From contig JAUHWG010000011.1 in the NCBI GenBank assembly GCA_030424595.1, positions 129,130 through 193,129 of the forward strand: a stretch of 64,000 nucleotides of DNA, given 5' to 3'. Shown piece by piece: positions 34,573 to 43,154 of this stretch. The DNA is from Polyangia bacterium. GTDB taxonomy: Bacteria; Myxococcota_A; Polyangia; Nannocystales; Nannocystaceae. A model generated the notes under the pieces. The model had not been told where the DNA came from, did no database searches, and saw only the letters and a program-made list of their open reading frames with translations. Position 1 is the first letter of the stretch, and every line of letters starts with the position of its first letter. A program made the translations under genes and the position numbers.

Positions 34573-35286
34573 ATGCACAGATCACGGAAGCTCTTGTCGT
34601 CGGCGTTCGCGGCCCTGGCGGGTCTCATCCTCGGCTGCGCGGTCTATGTGGATCCGGGCGAGGAGGGCTCATGCAGTGATGACATCTGCGGCGAAAATGC
34701 GTCCTGCAAGGGCACTGTATGTGTCTGCGATCCGGGCTACGACGGCTTTCCTGAGATGGAGAAGGGCTGCATGCCGACCCAGCCGCCGCCGTCGACCTCG
34801 GCCTGCGAGCTCGGGTGCGGTGCCAATGCCTACTGCTCTGAGGATCTCTGCTACTGCCAGCCGGGGGCGGTCTCCGTTTGCGAGAACGGGGGCTGCCTGC
34901 CTCTGGATCAGGTCTGTGACGGCACCGCCAACTGCGTCGACGGCCACGACGAAGCGGTCGAGATCTGCTTTCCGACGGTGGTCATGGGCTGGTCTGTCAT
35001 CGATCTCTGCCCGGACGGTCTCGACGTCGAATGGAAGCTCTTCTCGGTCGATCGTGACTGGGCTTGGCCGAGCGGCGACGACGTCTTTTGGAGCGGTGGT
35101 CTCGATGTTGAGGTCTTCGAGTACATCGAGTGCGGCGACGGCGAGCTGATCTGCTACGGCGCCGGGGCAGGGGACCTTAGCTGGGGCGTCGGCCTGGACG
35201 GTCTTGGGGGCTGCGAGGACTGCTGTTGGGAGTGCTCCGGCGACCCGAGCGACACTGCATACGTGCCAGAGTGGTTGTGTAGCTAG
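34573..35286 (+). CDS. Cysteine-rich lipoprotein with EGF-like modules and one LDL-receptor class A-like module
   Basis: Lipobox LILGCAV. CKGTVCVCDPGYDG (EGF-like). CLPLDQVCDGTANCVDGHDEAVEIC (LDLa consensus C..D..C..C.DG.DE). 28 Cys in 237 aa. Confidence 0.6.
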   Translation: MHRSRKLLSSAFAALAGLILGCAVYVDPGEEGSCSDDICGENASCKGTVCVCDPGYDGFPEMEKGCMPTQPPPSTSACELGCGANAYCSEDLCYCQPGAVSVCENGGCLPLDQVCDGTANCVDGHDEAVEICFPTVVMGWSVIDLCPDGLDVEWKLFSVDRDWAWPSGDDVFWSGGLDVEVFEYIECGDGELICYGAGAGDLSWGVGLDGLGGCEDCCWECSGDPSDTAYVPEWLCS

Positions 35287-35626
35287 CCTTCTGGGCCGGT
35301 GTCAGAGCCCGCAATCACCCCTCATTTGGGTGCCTAGGCCCCCGAATTGACGCGCTTTGCGGACCGAGTTGGGGTCTCGCAGCTCCCCCCGAGACTACCA
35401 AAGCGAAGAACTCAACCAATGGGGGGCCGACCACGTGTGGACTTTCACCCTTTGCTCCTAGGCAAGCGATTGAAAGTGCGGTACTCCGCCGCTGTCTTGA
35501 TGGCGATCGCATCTTGGGGTCGTCAGACCCTGACGCCCGATCGCTTGTCACCCATCAACAGTGGTGGCATAGTCTCATCATCGTCGCCGTCCTGGCCGCG
35601 ATTGGTAACTCGCTGAAAAGAGTCAT

Positions 35627-36085
35627 ATGACTGAGATTGCCCAGCTCTTTGAGTCTGCGCTCCAGCAGAACCGTGCAAGCCTCCTGCGGAAGGCTGCGCT
35701 CAATACAGTCGCTAGAATGCCAGCGACGATGACTCTCCGTGAGCTTCTCCAGAGTGAAGCCGGATCATCGATCCGAGAATTGACCATAGGTGAGCTTAGC
35801 GAAGCGCTCAAGGCGGTTGTCCGCCCCGCTCGCCGACTTCGCTTGAGCGAGAAGGCGCCGGTGGTCGTCGCGGCCCCAAACCCTGAGGAGGGCCGTGAGG
35901 CCCAGGTCTATCGCCAGATCCTCGAGGCCGTCTCCGAGGGCCCCTTGACGATCGGACAGCTCGCCAAACAGGTCGTGATCGACACGACCGAGCTGCGCGG
36001 CTACCTGACCTGGATGAAGAAGAACGGCCGCATCGCCAGCTCTGGACGGGCTCGCGCGACCCGCTACTCCTTGGTATCGGCCTAG
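35627..36085 (+). CDS. Hypothetical protein with a C-terminal winged-helix-like segment; atypical low-GC3 codon usage
   Basis: ATG preceded by a low-GC leader. Codons such as act/att/ttt/tct/aat/aca are frequent here and rare elsewhere in the window. C-terminal GPLTIGQLAKQVVIDTTELRGYLTWMKKNGRI is wHTH-like. Confidence 0.45.
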   Translation: MTEIAQLFESALQQNRASLLRKAALNTVARMPATMTLRELLQSEAGSSIRELTIGELSEALKAVVRPARRLRLSEKAPVVVAAPNPEEGREAQVYRQILEAVSEGPLTIGQLAKQVVIDTTELRGYLTWMKKNGRIASSGRARATRYSLVSA

Positions 36086-36215
36086 GAGGCTGATCTGGGG
36101 AGCGGTCGGATACGGTCGCAGATTTGAGGATCGAGTGTCCTCCATTGCGGATCGATCGCCTGGGTATTCCTTCTTGAGGTCCCGGGCGCTGTGGCAAATG
36201 TGAGCTTGTCGATTC

Positions 36216-36641
36216 ATGACGGATCGTGACCTGATCGAGATCGTCGCCGCGCTAAAGCACGATCTCGGCAAATACTCGTCGTGGATGTCGGCGAACCTGA
36301 GCGAGGAGGAGTGGGACGGCCCGCTCTCCGACACCCTCGTCGACGCCCTCTGCCGCGATCTCCTTCGGACGAGGACCCGTCGTGACGGGACGCCTGAGAG
36401 CGCCTGGGAGGTCTGGGACCGGCTTCGGGAGGAGTTGCCCCTGCCCCTACCAGCGCCGGAGCTGGAGGCTGTGGAGGCCGCAGTGGAGGTGCTGCGGGGA
36501 GCCGAACCTGCGCTCCGCGAGGACCGTGAAGCGCTCTCTGCGCTCCGCCCGACCCTGCGGGCCGCGCAGCGGGAGGTCCGAGGAGAGCTCCTACGCCTGC
36601 ACCGACGCCTCCTGCGCATTCAGGAGCAGAGCGGGCGTTGA
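36216..36641 (+). CDS. Hypothetical protein
   Basis: 141-aa ORF with good codon bias, located between the low-GC island and the sigma-54 regulator gene. Confidence 0.4.
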   Translation: MTDRDLIEIVAALKHDLGKYSSWMSANLSEEEWDGPLSDTLVDALCRDLLRTRTRRDGTPESAWEVWDRLREELPLPLPAPELEAVEAAVEVLRGAEPALREDREALSALRPTLRAAQREVRGELLRLHRRLLRIQEQSGR

Positions 36642-36911
36642 GTCTGCCATCTGCGGGTGCGAGGGGGTGGCCGTCGTCGCCGGAGCTGGCGCCAGTCCCA
36701 GCCTGCGGGTGAGGAGACCACGGCTGACTCGGGATGCGAGCGTAGGCCCTCGCGCCCGCGGTTGTGGCGCTAGCACCCTCAAGAGGGCGCTCCGGCGGGG
36801 GGGGGAGGCGCGTCGGGGCGGGACTTTTGCCGCCGCCTCGTCGCTGCCTTCCGTGTACTCTCATCCTCTGCCTCGGCTCGATGTCGAGCGCGTCATGAGG
36901 CTCCGCCCGCG

Positions 36912-38606
36912 ATGTCGTCGATCCTGATCATTGATGACGAGGACAACTACCTCGAGCTTTGCCGGCGATATATGCCGGAGCACGACTTTCTCCCGCCTGC
37001 GCGGAGCTATCGGGACGCCGCGGCGGTGCTCCGTCAACGGGCTCAGGAGATCGATCTCGTCCTCCTGGACGTCCACTTCAACATCGACGAGGAGGAGCTG
37101 CTCCCCGCCGACAAGGCGCCGCTCTTCGCCCGCAGTGATCGCCGCCGGGTGCTGGATCGTCTCTGTCGGACCCAGGGATTGCTCATTCTCGATCGGATCC
37201 GCGCCGATTACCCCGATCTGCCGCTCATCGTGATGACCTCGCGGGATGATCTCCCGCTCGAGGTCGACGCGGAGCGCCTCCACGCTGAGGATTACACCTA
37301 CCTCCTCGATGACGATTACCTCGACGCTCGCTCTCTGCGATTGCAGATTGAGGGGATCCTCGCCCGTCGGGAGCGCCCATCGGCGGAGGAGAGCGGCCCC
37401 TTCTATTGGGGGACGACCCCGGCGATGCTCAACCTCCGCCGCCGCCTCTCGATCCTCGCCCGCGGTCGCCTGCCGATCATCGTCCAGGGCGCCACCGGCA
37501 CCGGCAAGAGCCTGGTCGTCCGCGAACATGTCCACCCGCACTCGCGGCGCTCCGGGCCCTTCGTCGCGGTCGATCTGTCGACGATCCCCAGCGATCTGAT
37601 GGCGGCGCATCTCTTCGGCGTGACCAAGGGCGCCTACACTGGGGCGACGAGCTCCCGCGACGGCGTTCTCGCCCAGGCCGACGGCGGTACGCTCTTTCTC
37701 GACGAGATCGGCAACCTCAGCCTCGAGCTGCAAAAGTCGCTGCTCCTCGTCCTTCAGGAGGGGAGCTACCGTCCGGTCGGCTCCGTCAAGGAGCGCAGCG
37801 TCGACATCAAGCTGGTGGTCGCGACCAACGAGGATCTCGCGACGCTGGTCCGCGAGGGTCGCTTTCGCGAAGACCTCTACATGCGCCTCAACCCCGCGAC
37901 CGCGGTGACGCTCGCGAGCCTCGCCGACCGCCGCGACGACTTCCACGAGCTCTTGAAGTTCTTCGTCCGCAGGGTCGCCTCCGAGGCCTACAACCGCGAT
38001 CTCGTCCTCCAGTACGCCGAGCAGCGGGGGTTGATGCTGCCGAGCGGGAAGGGACCGCTGCCGGTGAGCGTTGGTTCGACGGTGCCCACGCGCTCCGACA
38101 GCACGCGGATCCATTTCCTCTTCCACCCCAGCTCCCTCAAGCTGCTGCGCGGGTTCGACTGGCCGGGGAATTTTCGCCAGTTCGAGATGACCCTGTCCAA
38201 CCTCGTCACCTTCACGCTGGTCGAGCTGGTCGAGCGGGCGTCGCAGGTCGAGCCCGAGGATCCGGGGCAGGCGAGCCGCCCGGACGTCATCCCGATCCCG
38301 GCGAAGACGGTCAACGATCTCCTGCGGCCGATGGCGAAGGCCCATCGTCGCGAGAGCGACGTGCCTGTCGATGAGGGCGAGGGCCGTCCCGTCGGAGTGC
38401 GGGTCTGCTCCGCAGACTCCCTCAACGCGGTCTCCTGCGCCGTCGAGCGGCAGTACCTGGAGGCGCTCTACCGCGACAGCGACGGCGATCTCGGGCAGAT
38501 GGGCCTGTGGCTCCTCGACAATGACGGGGCAGGGCGGAAGATCCAGCTGCGGATGAACCAGCTCGGGATCAAGCTGCGCTCGCTGAAGCGCAAGCGGGGA
38601 GATTGA
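36912..38606 (+). CDS. Sigma-54-dependent transcriptional regulator (atypical N-terminal receiver-like domain, AAA+ sigma-54 interaction domain, C-terminal Fis-type HTH)
   Basis: ILIIDDE...LVLLDVHF receiver-like. Walker A GATGTGKS. GAYTGA (GAFTGA equivalent). GGTLFLDEIG. C-terminal RKIQLRMNQLGIKLRSLKRK Fis-type HTH. Confidence 0.85.
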   Translation: MSSILIIDDEDNYLELCRRYMPEHDFLPPARSYRDAAAVLRQRAQEIDLVLLDVHFNIDEEELLPADKAPLFARSDRRRVLDRLCRTQGLLILDRIRADYPDLPLIVMTSRDDLPLEVDAERLHAEDYTYLLDDDYLDARSLRLQIEGILARRERPSAEESGPFYWGTTPAMLNLRRRLSILARGRLPIIVQGATGTGKSLVVREHVHPHSRRSGPFVAVDLSTIPSDLMAAHLFGVTKGAYTGATSSRDGVLAQADGGTLFLDEIGNLSLELQKSLLLVLQEGSYRPVGSVKERSVDIKLVVATNEDLATLVREGRFREDLYMRLNPATAVTLASLADRRDDFHELLKFFVRRVASEAYNRDLVLQYAEQRGLMLPSGKGPLPVSVGSTVPTRSDSTRIHFLFHPSSLKLLRGFDWPGNFRQFEMTLSNLVTFTLVELVERASQVEPEDPGQASRPDVIPIPAKTVNDLLRPMAKAHRRESDVPVDEGEGRPVGVRVCSADSLNAVSCAVERQYLEALYRDSDGDLGQMGLWLLDNDGAGRKIQLRMNQLGIKLRSLKRKRGD

Positions 38607-38645
38607 TGTTGGGGGCGCTCTACCTCGATGGCGGCGATCTCGGGC

Positions 38646-38727
38646 CCTTGCGCCTGTGGCCCCAGCTGTCGGCGAACCAGGTCGGGAGTGGGCTGCGCTC
38701 GTCGCAGCGCGAGCGGGGAGCTTGATG
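38646..38727 (+). repeat. Degenerate second copy (~80% identical) of the last ~80 nt of the sigma-54 regulator gene, including a stop-equivalent; it is intergenic
   Basis: 38553-38606 (..atgaaccagctcgggatcaagctgcgctcgctgaagcgcaagcggggagattga) versus 38672-38724 (..gcgaaccaggtcgggagtgggctgcgctcgtcgcagcgcgagcggggagcttga). Read in the same frame this gives LRSSQRERGA* versus LRSLKRKRGD*. Confidence 0.7.
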
Positions 38728-41661
38728 TCTCGGGCGATGCAGCTCGCCGCCGCGCTGTGGCTCGTCGCAGGGACCGCCAGCGCAGCGCCGCCGGAGAGTC
38801 CCGGCTTCTCGCTGCCGCGGCCGCCAGCCCTGGAGGGCGACACCGAGGGGACGTCCGGGACCGACTCCGACACAGGTGAGGAGATCGATCCCGAGGTGCT
38901 CCAGGAGCAACGCCAGCTCGAGTTCGATCTTCACCTCTTCCGCGCTCAGCGGCTTGAGCGTGAGGGGAAGATCGACGACGGTATCCGCGAGTACACGGCC
39001 GCGCTCAAGCTCCAGTCGGGCGATCCCGGGGCTCTCCGCGGCCGGGCCAAGCTCCGGTTCAAGCGCACCCGCAAGGGGCAGTGTCCGCGCCGGGCGATCG
39101 AGGATCTCCGGCTGCTGCGGCTCTACGATCCCGCGGGGACGTGGAACGAAGAGCGGGCGACGATCCTCGAGTGGATGGCGCTCTGCGAAGATCGCTACCG
39201 TCGCGAGCGCCTCGACCTCGCGCTGGAGCTCGGCGAAGACGATCCGGCGGCGAGCTATCGGCCGCCGGGGATCCGCTACACGATCGCCGCGCTCCAGACG
39301 GAAGAGGCGGAGCGGGCGGGCCCCGGGCGCGACGGCCAGGAGCTCCGCGACGCCGCGCTTCTCCAGCTCGAGCGCTATCGTCAGGAGTGTTCAGAGGGGG
39401 GACGCCGGCCGAAAGCGGCGGCGCTTAGCCTCCAGGCCGACCTCTATCGCGCCCGGGGGGACATCTCCGAGGCGATCGCGGTCTATCGCGAGTTGGTCGC
39501 GCTCCACCCCGGTGTGCCGGCGGCGGCCGAGGCTGAGCGGGTCGTCGCCGAGCTCCAGCTCGAGGTCGAGCTCACCCGCTTAGAGAAGGAGCAGGGCGGG
39601 CGACCGTCGGAGCGGGCGGAGGCCAGCTACCGGATCGCGGCGGTCGCCCTGCGGCGCGGAGAGCTCGCGAGCGCGGAGGCTGAGCTGCGCAAGGCGATCG
39701 ACGACTCGCCGTGGTTTCCGAAGGCCCACTACCTGCTCGGGCTCGTCCACGCCAAGACGCGCCGCTTCACCGACGCCGTCGAGGAGCTGAAGATGGCGGT
39801 CCGGATGGACCGCTACGACCACGAGGCGCACATCGCCCTTGGTCTGCTCTACAAGAAGGAATTCTCCGGCGCCGAGGATGCCGCGGCGATCGAGCACCTC
39901 GAGCGAGCGCTGGTCCTGCGGCCGGACCTGAACAACCTCCACCTCCTCTTGGGCGAGCTCTACGCCCGCAGCGATCGCGATCTGGCCCGTCGTCACTACG
40001 AGCAGTTTCTCCAGCGGGCAGGCGAGGATGATCCCGATCGGGGCTTCGCCGAGGGGGCGCTGCAAAACCTCAGCCATGAGCTGCGGGTGGAGGAGCCTCT
40101 CTTTGAGATCCAGCCGCCCAGCGATCTGAGGCGCCTCGATCCTGGTCTGCAGAGGATGATCAACGAGGCCTACCTTCGCCACGAGGACGACGAGGACTGG
40201 GCCCAGGCCGAGCGGATCCTCGAGGCGGCGCGGGCCAAGTACCCGGATGAGCCCCAGGTGCTCAACGAGCTGGCGATGGTCGCCTACGCGGACGGTCGTC
40301 CCGGCGATGCTCGACAGTTTTGGGAGCAGAGCCTGGTCATGGACGCGGAGCAGGTCGACGTCCACGAGCGCCTCGGGATCCTCCTGGCGAGCGAGCTGCC
40401 GGAGCAGGCGATAGGCCACCTCGAGCGGGCTGCGGCGCTCGGGTCGAGCAACGCGCGCTTTCGCCTGGCGTCGCTGATGTGGGCGGAGAACGACCTCTTT
40501 CGCGCCTCGGACGTGCTCGATCGCTACCTCGGCGAGGCCGGGCCCTACGATCTCTACTGGGATCGGGCGCAGGTCCTCCGCGAGCGGATGGACCGGCTCT
40601 TCTTTCGGGTCTACCTGATCGCCGGCGGCGTTCTCCTCATCCTCCTGCTGATCCCGGCGGGGATGGTCTTCCGTCGCCTCCGCGGAGCCTCGCTAGAGCA
40701 GCTCTTGGCCCGCGCGCCGAAGTCCTTCCCGGAGGTCGCCCGGATCCTCTCGCTCATCCGCCACGAGATCCTCAAGCACAACACCGCCTTCCTCATCGAC
40801 GTCGGCCGCGCGCTCGAGTTCGACGAGCCGGACGCCGAGGTGCGGGCGGCGATCGTCGCCCGCAGGCTCTTCGGCGACAGCGATGAGCGGCGGCGCAAGG
40901 CGGCGGATCTGCGGATCGCGTCGAGCCGTGACCAGGGGATCTACGGCCGCTTTCTCGGCTACGTCGAGGAGCTGCAGAAGGTCGCGCGGACCCACGGGGT
41001 CACCCTCAACCTCTACCGCAAGGACCCGATCTTCTCGCCGATGATCCGCGCCTTCGAGGATCTGCGCGAGCTCGGAGATCTCCAGCGTCGCGGGAGCGAT
41101 CATCGCAGCCGCAAGCTCGACCTCGCGCAGCGGCTGACCCGCTCCGGTCATGAGCTCGGCCGGCGGGCGTTCGAGCGCCTCAGCTCGCTCATCCAGTCGC
41201 TCTGCGTCGTCGACGTGACGCCGACGATGATCCGCGAGGTCTTCGGCCTCGTCGCGGCCGAGTCCCACTTCGCCCAGGCGAAGATCGCCGACGTGGCCGT
41301 GGTGGGGGAGGGGGCGCAGATCCGGGTGTTTCGCACCGATCTGGAGGACATCCTGACCAACGTGCTCCGCAACTCGCTCCACTCGAGCGTGCTCTACGGG
41401 CCCTCGCCTGCGCAGATCGGGGTCGCCTTGAGCACCGAGGTCGATGAGATCACAGGCCTCAGCACCTTGGCCATCCGGATCCAGGATCGTTCGACCGAAA
41501 AGCTCTCCAACGAGATGCTCCGCGGCCGCTATGTTGAGCGAGGGATGGGGATTACGGTCGACCTGCTCTCGCGTTACGATGGGGCGATCGCGGTCGAGCC
41601 GGAGCCCGGGTGGGAGAAGGCCGTCGTGTTGCGCTTCTTCACCGTGGAGGACACCCCGTGA
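38725..41661 (+). CDS. Sensor histidine-kinase-like protein: signal peptide, large periplasmic TPR domain, one TM helix, cytoplasmic HisKA-like + HATPase_c
   Basis: Signal LAAALWLVAGTASA. Multiple TPR-like repeats (AHYLLGLVHAKTRRFTDAVEELKMAV, AHIALGLLYKK). TM VYLIAGGVLLILLLIPAGMVF. SLIRHEILKHN (H-box-like). LTNVLRNSLHSS (N-box). ERGMGITVDLLSRYDGAIAV (G2). Confidence 0.72.
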   Translation: MSRAMQLAAALWLVAGTASAAPPESPGFSLPRPPALEGDTEGTSGTDSDTGEEIDPEVLQEQRQLEFDLHLFRAQRLEREGKIDDGIREYTAALKLQSGDPGALRGRAKLRFKRTRKGQCPRRAIEDLRLLRLYDPAGTWNEERATILEWMALCEDRYRRERLDLALELGEDDPAASYRPPGIRYTIAALQTEEAERAGPGRDGQELRDAALLQLERYRQECSEGGRRPKAAALSLQADLYRARGDISEAIAVYRELVALHPGVPAAAEAERVVAELQLEVELTRLEKEQGGRPSERAEASYRIAAVALRRGELASAEAELRKAIDDSPWFPKAHYLLGLVHAKTRRFTDAVEELKMAVRMDRYDHEAHIALGLLYKKEFSGAEDAAAIEHLERALVLRPDLNNLHLLLGELYARSDRDLARRHYEQFLQRAGEDDPDRGFAEGALQNLSHELRVEEPLFEIQPPSDLRRLDPGLQRMINEAYLRHEDDEDWAQAERILEAARAKYPDEPQVLNELAMVAYADGRPGDARQFWEQSLVMDAEQVDVHERLGILLASELPEQAIGHLERAAALGSSNARFRLASLMWAENDLFRASDVLDRYLGEAGPYDLYWDRAQVLRERMDRLFFRVYLIAGGVLLILLLIPAGMVFRRLRGASLEQLLARAPKSFPEVARILSLIRHEILKHNTAFLIDVGRALEFDEPDAEVRAAIVARRLFGDSDERRRKAADLRIASSRDQGIYGRFLGYVEELQKVARTHGVTLNLYRKDPIFSPMIRAFEDLRELGDLQRRGSDHRSRKLDLAQRLTRSGHELGRRAFERLSSLIQSLCVVDVTPTMIREVFGLVAAESHFAQAKIADVAVVGEGAQIRVFRTDLEDILTNVLRNSLHSSVLYGPSPAQIGVALSTEVDEITGLSTLAIRIQDRSTEKLSNEMLRGRYVERGMGITVDLLSRYDGAIAVEPEPGWEKAVVLRFFTVEDTP

Positions 41662-42137
41662 GCGTCAACGCCACCGAGATCGAGGTGCTGGTCGTCGAAG
41701 ACGGCAACGAGTACCTGACCAACCTCAGCACCTTCGTCGCCGGCGGGATCCACTACACACAGGCGCAAAACGGCGCGGACGCCTGTGCGATGGCGTTGCA
41801 GCTCCGGCCGGACATCATCTATCTCGACATGCGCTTCGATCGGATCCCCTTCGAGGAGCTGCTCGGCGACATGGTCTCCGCGACCGCTCGCTTTAACGGT
41901 GACGTCGCCCGGGCCCGGACCTTTCTGCAGGACAACCAGGGGCTCTTCATCCTCCGCGCGCTGCGTGATGCCGGCTACCGCGGCCCGGTGATCCTGTCCT
42001 ACGACTTCGGCGGTGAGGAGCGGCGCTTCCGCGCCCTCTCGGCCAAGGACCCTGCCCTCGACTACTGTCCAGACTACGCCGACGCGACGACGATCCGCGC
42101 GGCGATCATGAAGGCCGCGAAGCGCGAGCCCCACTGA
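41658..42137 (+). CDS. Single-domain response-regulator-like protein (REC), translationally coupled to the upstream kinase (GTGA overlap)
   Basis: EVLVVEDGNEY...DIIYLDMRFD...FILRAL...VILSYD; acidic pocket and phospho-Asp context present. GTG start at 41658. Confidence 0.6.
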   Translation: MSVNATEIEVLVVEDGNEYLTNLSTFVAGGIHYTQAQNGADACAMALQLRPDIIYLDMRFDRIPFEELLGDMVSATARFNGDVARARTFLQDNQGLFILRALRDAGYRGPVILSYDFGGEERRFRALSAKDPALDYCPDYADATTIRAAIMKAAKREPH

Positions 42138-42338
42138 CGTCCGCGGTGAGGGGTCGCCGTCGTCCCGTTCAGATCGCCGGCAGCCGCGGGATGCGGCCTG
42201 CGCCGCCGCGTCACGACGAGCCTGGCCGGGCCCGCGATGGCGCCGCGAGAGCGCCCTCAGCCCGCCGCGGGCGCGGCGTGGGTGCTACGCCGAGGCGGAT
42301 TTCTCGACACTTGGGCCCGGAGCTGTCACCTGTGGAGG

Positions 42339-42719
42339 ATGGTCCGAGATCCTTCGCTCCGGGTGATGATGATGCCGCGGGACACCAACGCCCGCGGGAC
42401 GATCTTCGGCGGTCATATCCTCAGCTTGATCGACCAAGCCGCGGCGATCGCGGCGCACGGGGCTGGCGCGGGCAAGATCGTCACCGTCGCGATCCGCGAG
42501 GTCATCTTCAAGCACCCGGTCTACGTCGGCGACATTGTCTCTTGCTACGCGACGATCCTGCGGCGTGGGCGGACCTCGATCACGATCGAGGTCCAGGTCG
42601 TCGCTCAGCACCCGCAGCGTCGTACAGAGGTGGAGGTGACCACCGCAGAGCTGGTCTTCGTCCACGTCGACGACGACATGAACCCGACGCCGCTGCCCCC
42701 GCCGCCCGGGGTGTCTTGA
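42339..42719 (+). CDS. Acyl-CoA thioesterase (hotdog fold, YciA-like)
   Basis: MMMPRDTNARGTIFGGHILSLIDQAAAIAA...VTVAIREVIFKHPVYVGD. GGAGG precedes the ATG at 42339. Confidence 0.8.
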   Translation: MVRDPSLRVMMMPRDTNARGTIFGGHILSLIDQAAAIAAHGAGAGKIVTVAIREVIFKHPVYVGDIVSCYATILRRGRTSITIEVQVVAQHPQRRTEVEVTTAELVFVHVDDDMNPTPLPPPPGVS

Positions 42720-42800
42720 CGGTCCCGTGCAAGGGCCGTAGCGTCGACCCTGTCCCGCGGTCGTTCACGACCCCGTGACCACACGAGCAAGGAGATAGAC

Positions 42801-42980
42801 CATGCGAATCATCGGAACTCTGATCCTCGGGGCGTCCCTGATCGGCCTCAGCGGTTGCGCGGAGCAGCCCGGCAAGAAGAAGGAAGAGAAGACTCAGCCG
42901 ATCGACGACAAGCAGGCTGACGTGAACAAGGTCGACGACGGCAAGTCCGACGACAAGAAGGCCGACGACAAGAAAGAGTA
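42801..42980 (+). CDS. Small lipoprotein (59 aa), Lys/Asp-rich
   Basis: Strong SD (AAGGAGA) 8 nt upstream. MRIIGTLILGASLIGLSGC lipobox. It is below the ORF-track size cutoff. Confidence 0.5.
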
Positions 42981-43004
42981 GCCTCGGGCGGACTCTTTCG
43001 GAGA

Positions 43005-43027
43005 AAGGCGCCCAGGACGGGCGCCTT
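43005..43027 (+). terminator. Perfect 9-bp GC-rich hairpin (aaggcgccc-aggac-gggcgcctt) downstream of the small lipoprotein gene
   Basis: Read directly from the sequence. There is no U-tract, which is common in high-GC genomes. Confidence 0.4.
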
Positions 43028-43154
43028 CACGGGTCCAGGGCGCTCGCCTTGGCCGAGCTCATGGACGATGCGACTTCCCCTCCGCCACCCTCCTCTCGGG
43101 CGTGATGCGCCCCTCCATCGTTGCGCTCACCTAGAGGCGCTCGCGGAGGCGGCG

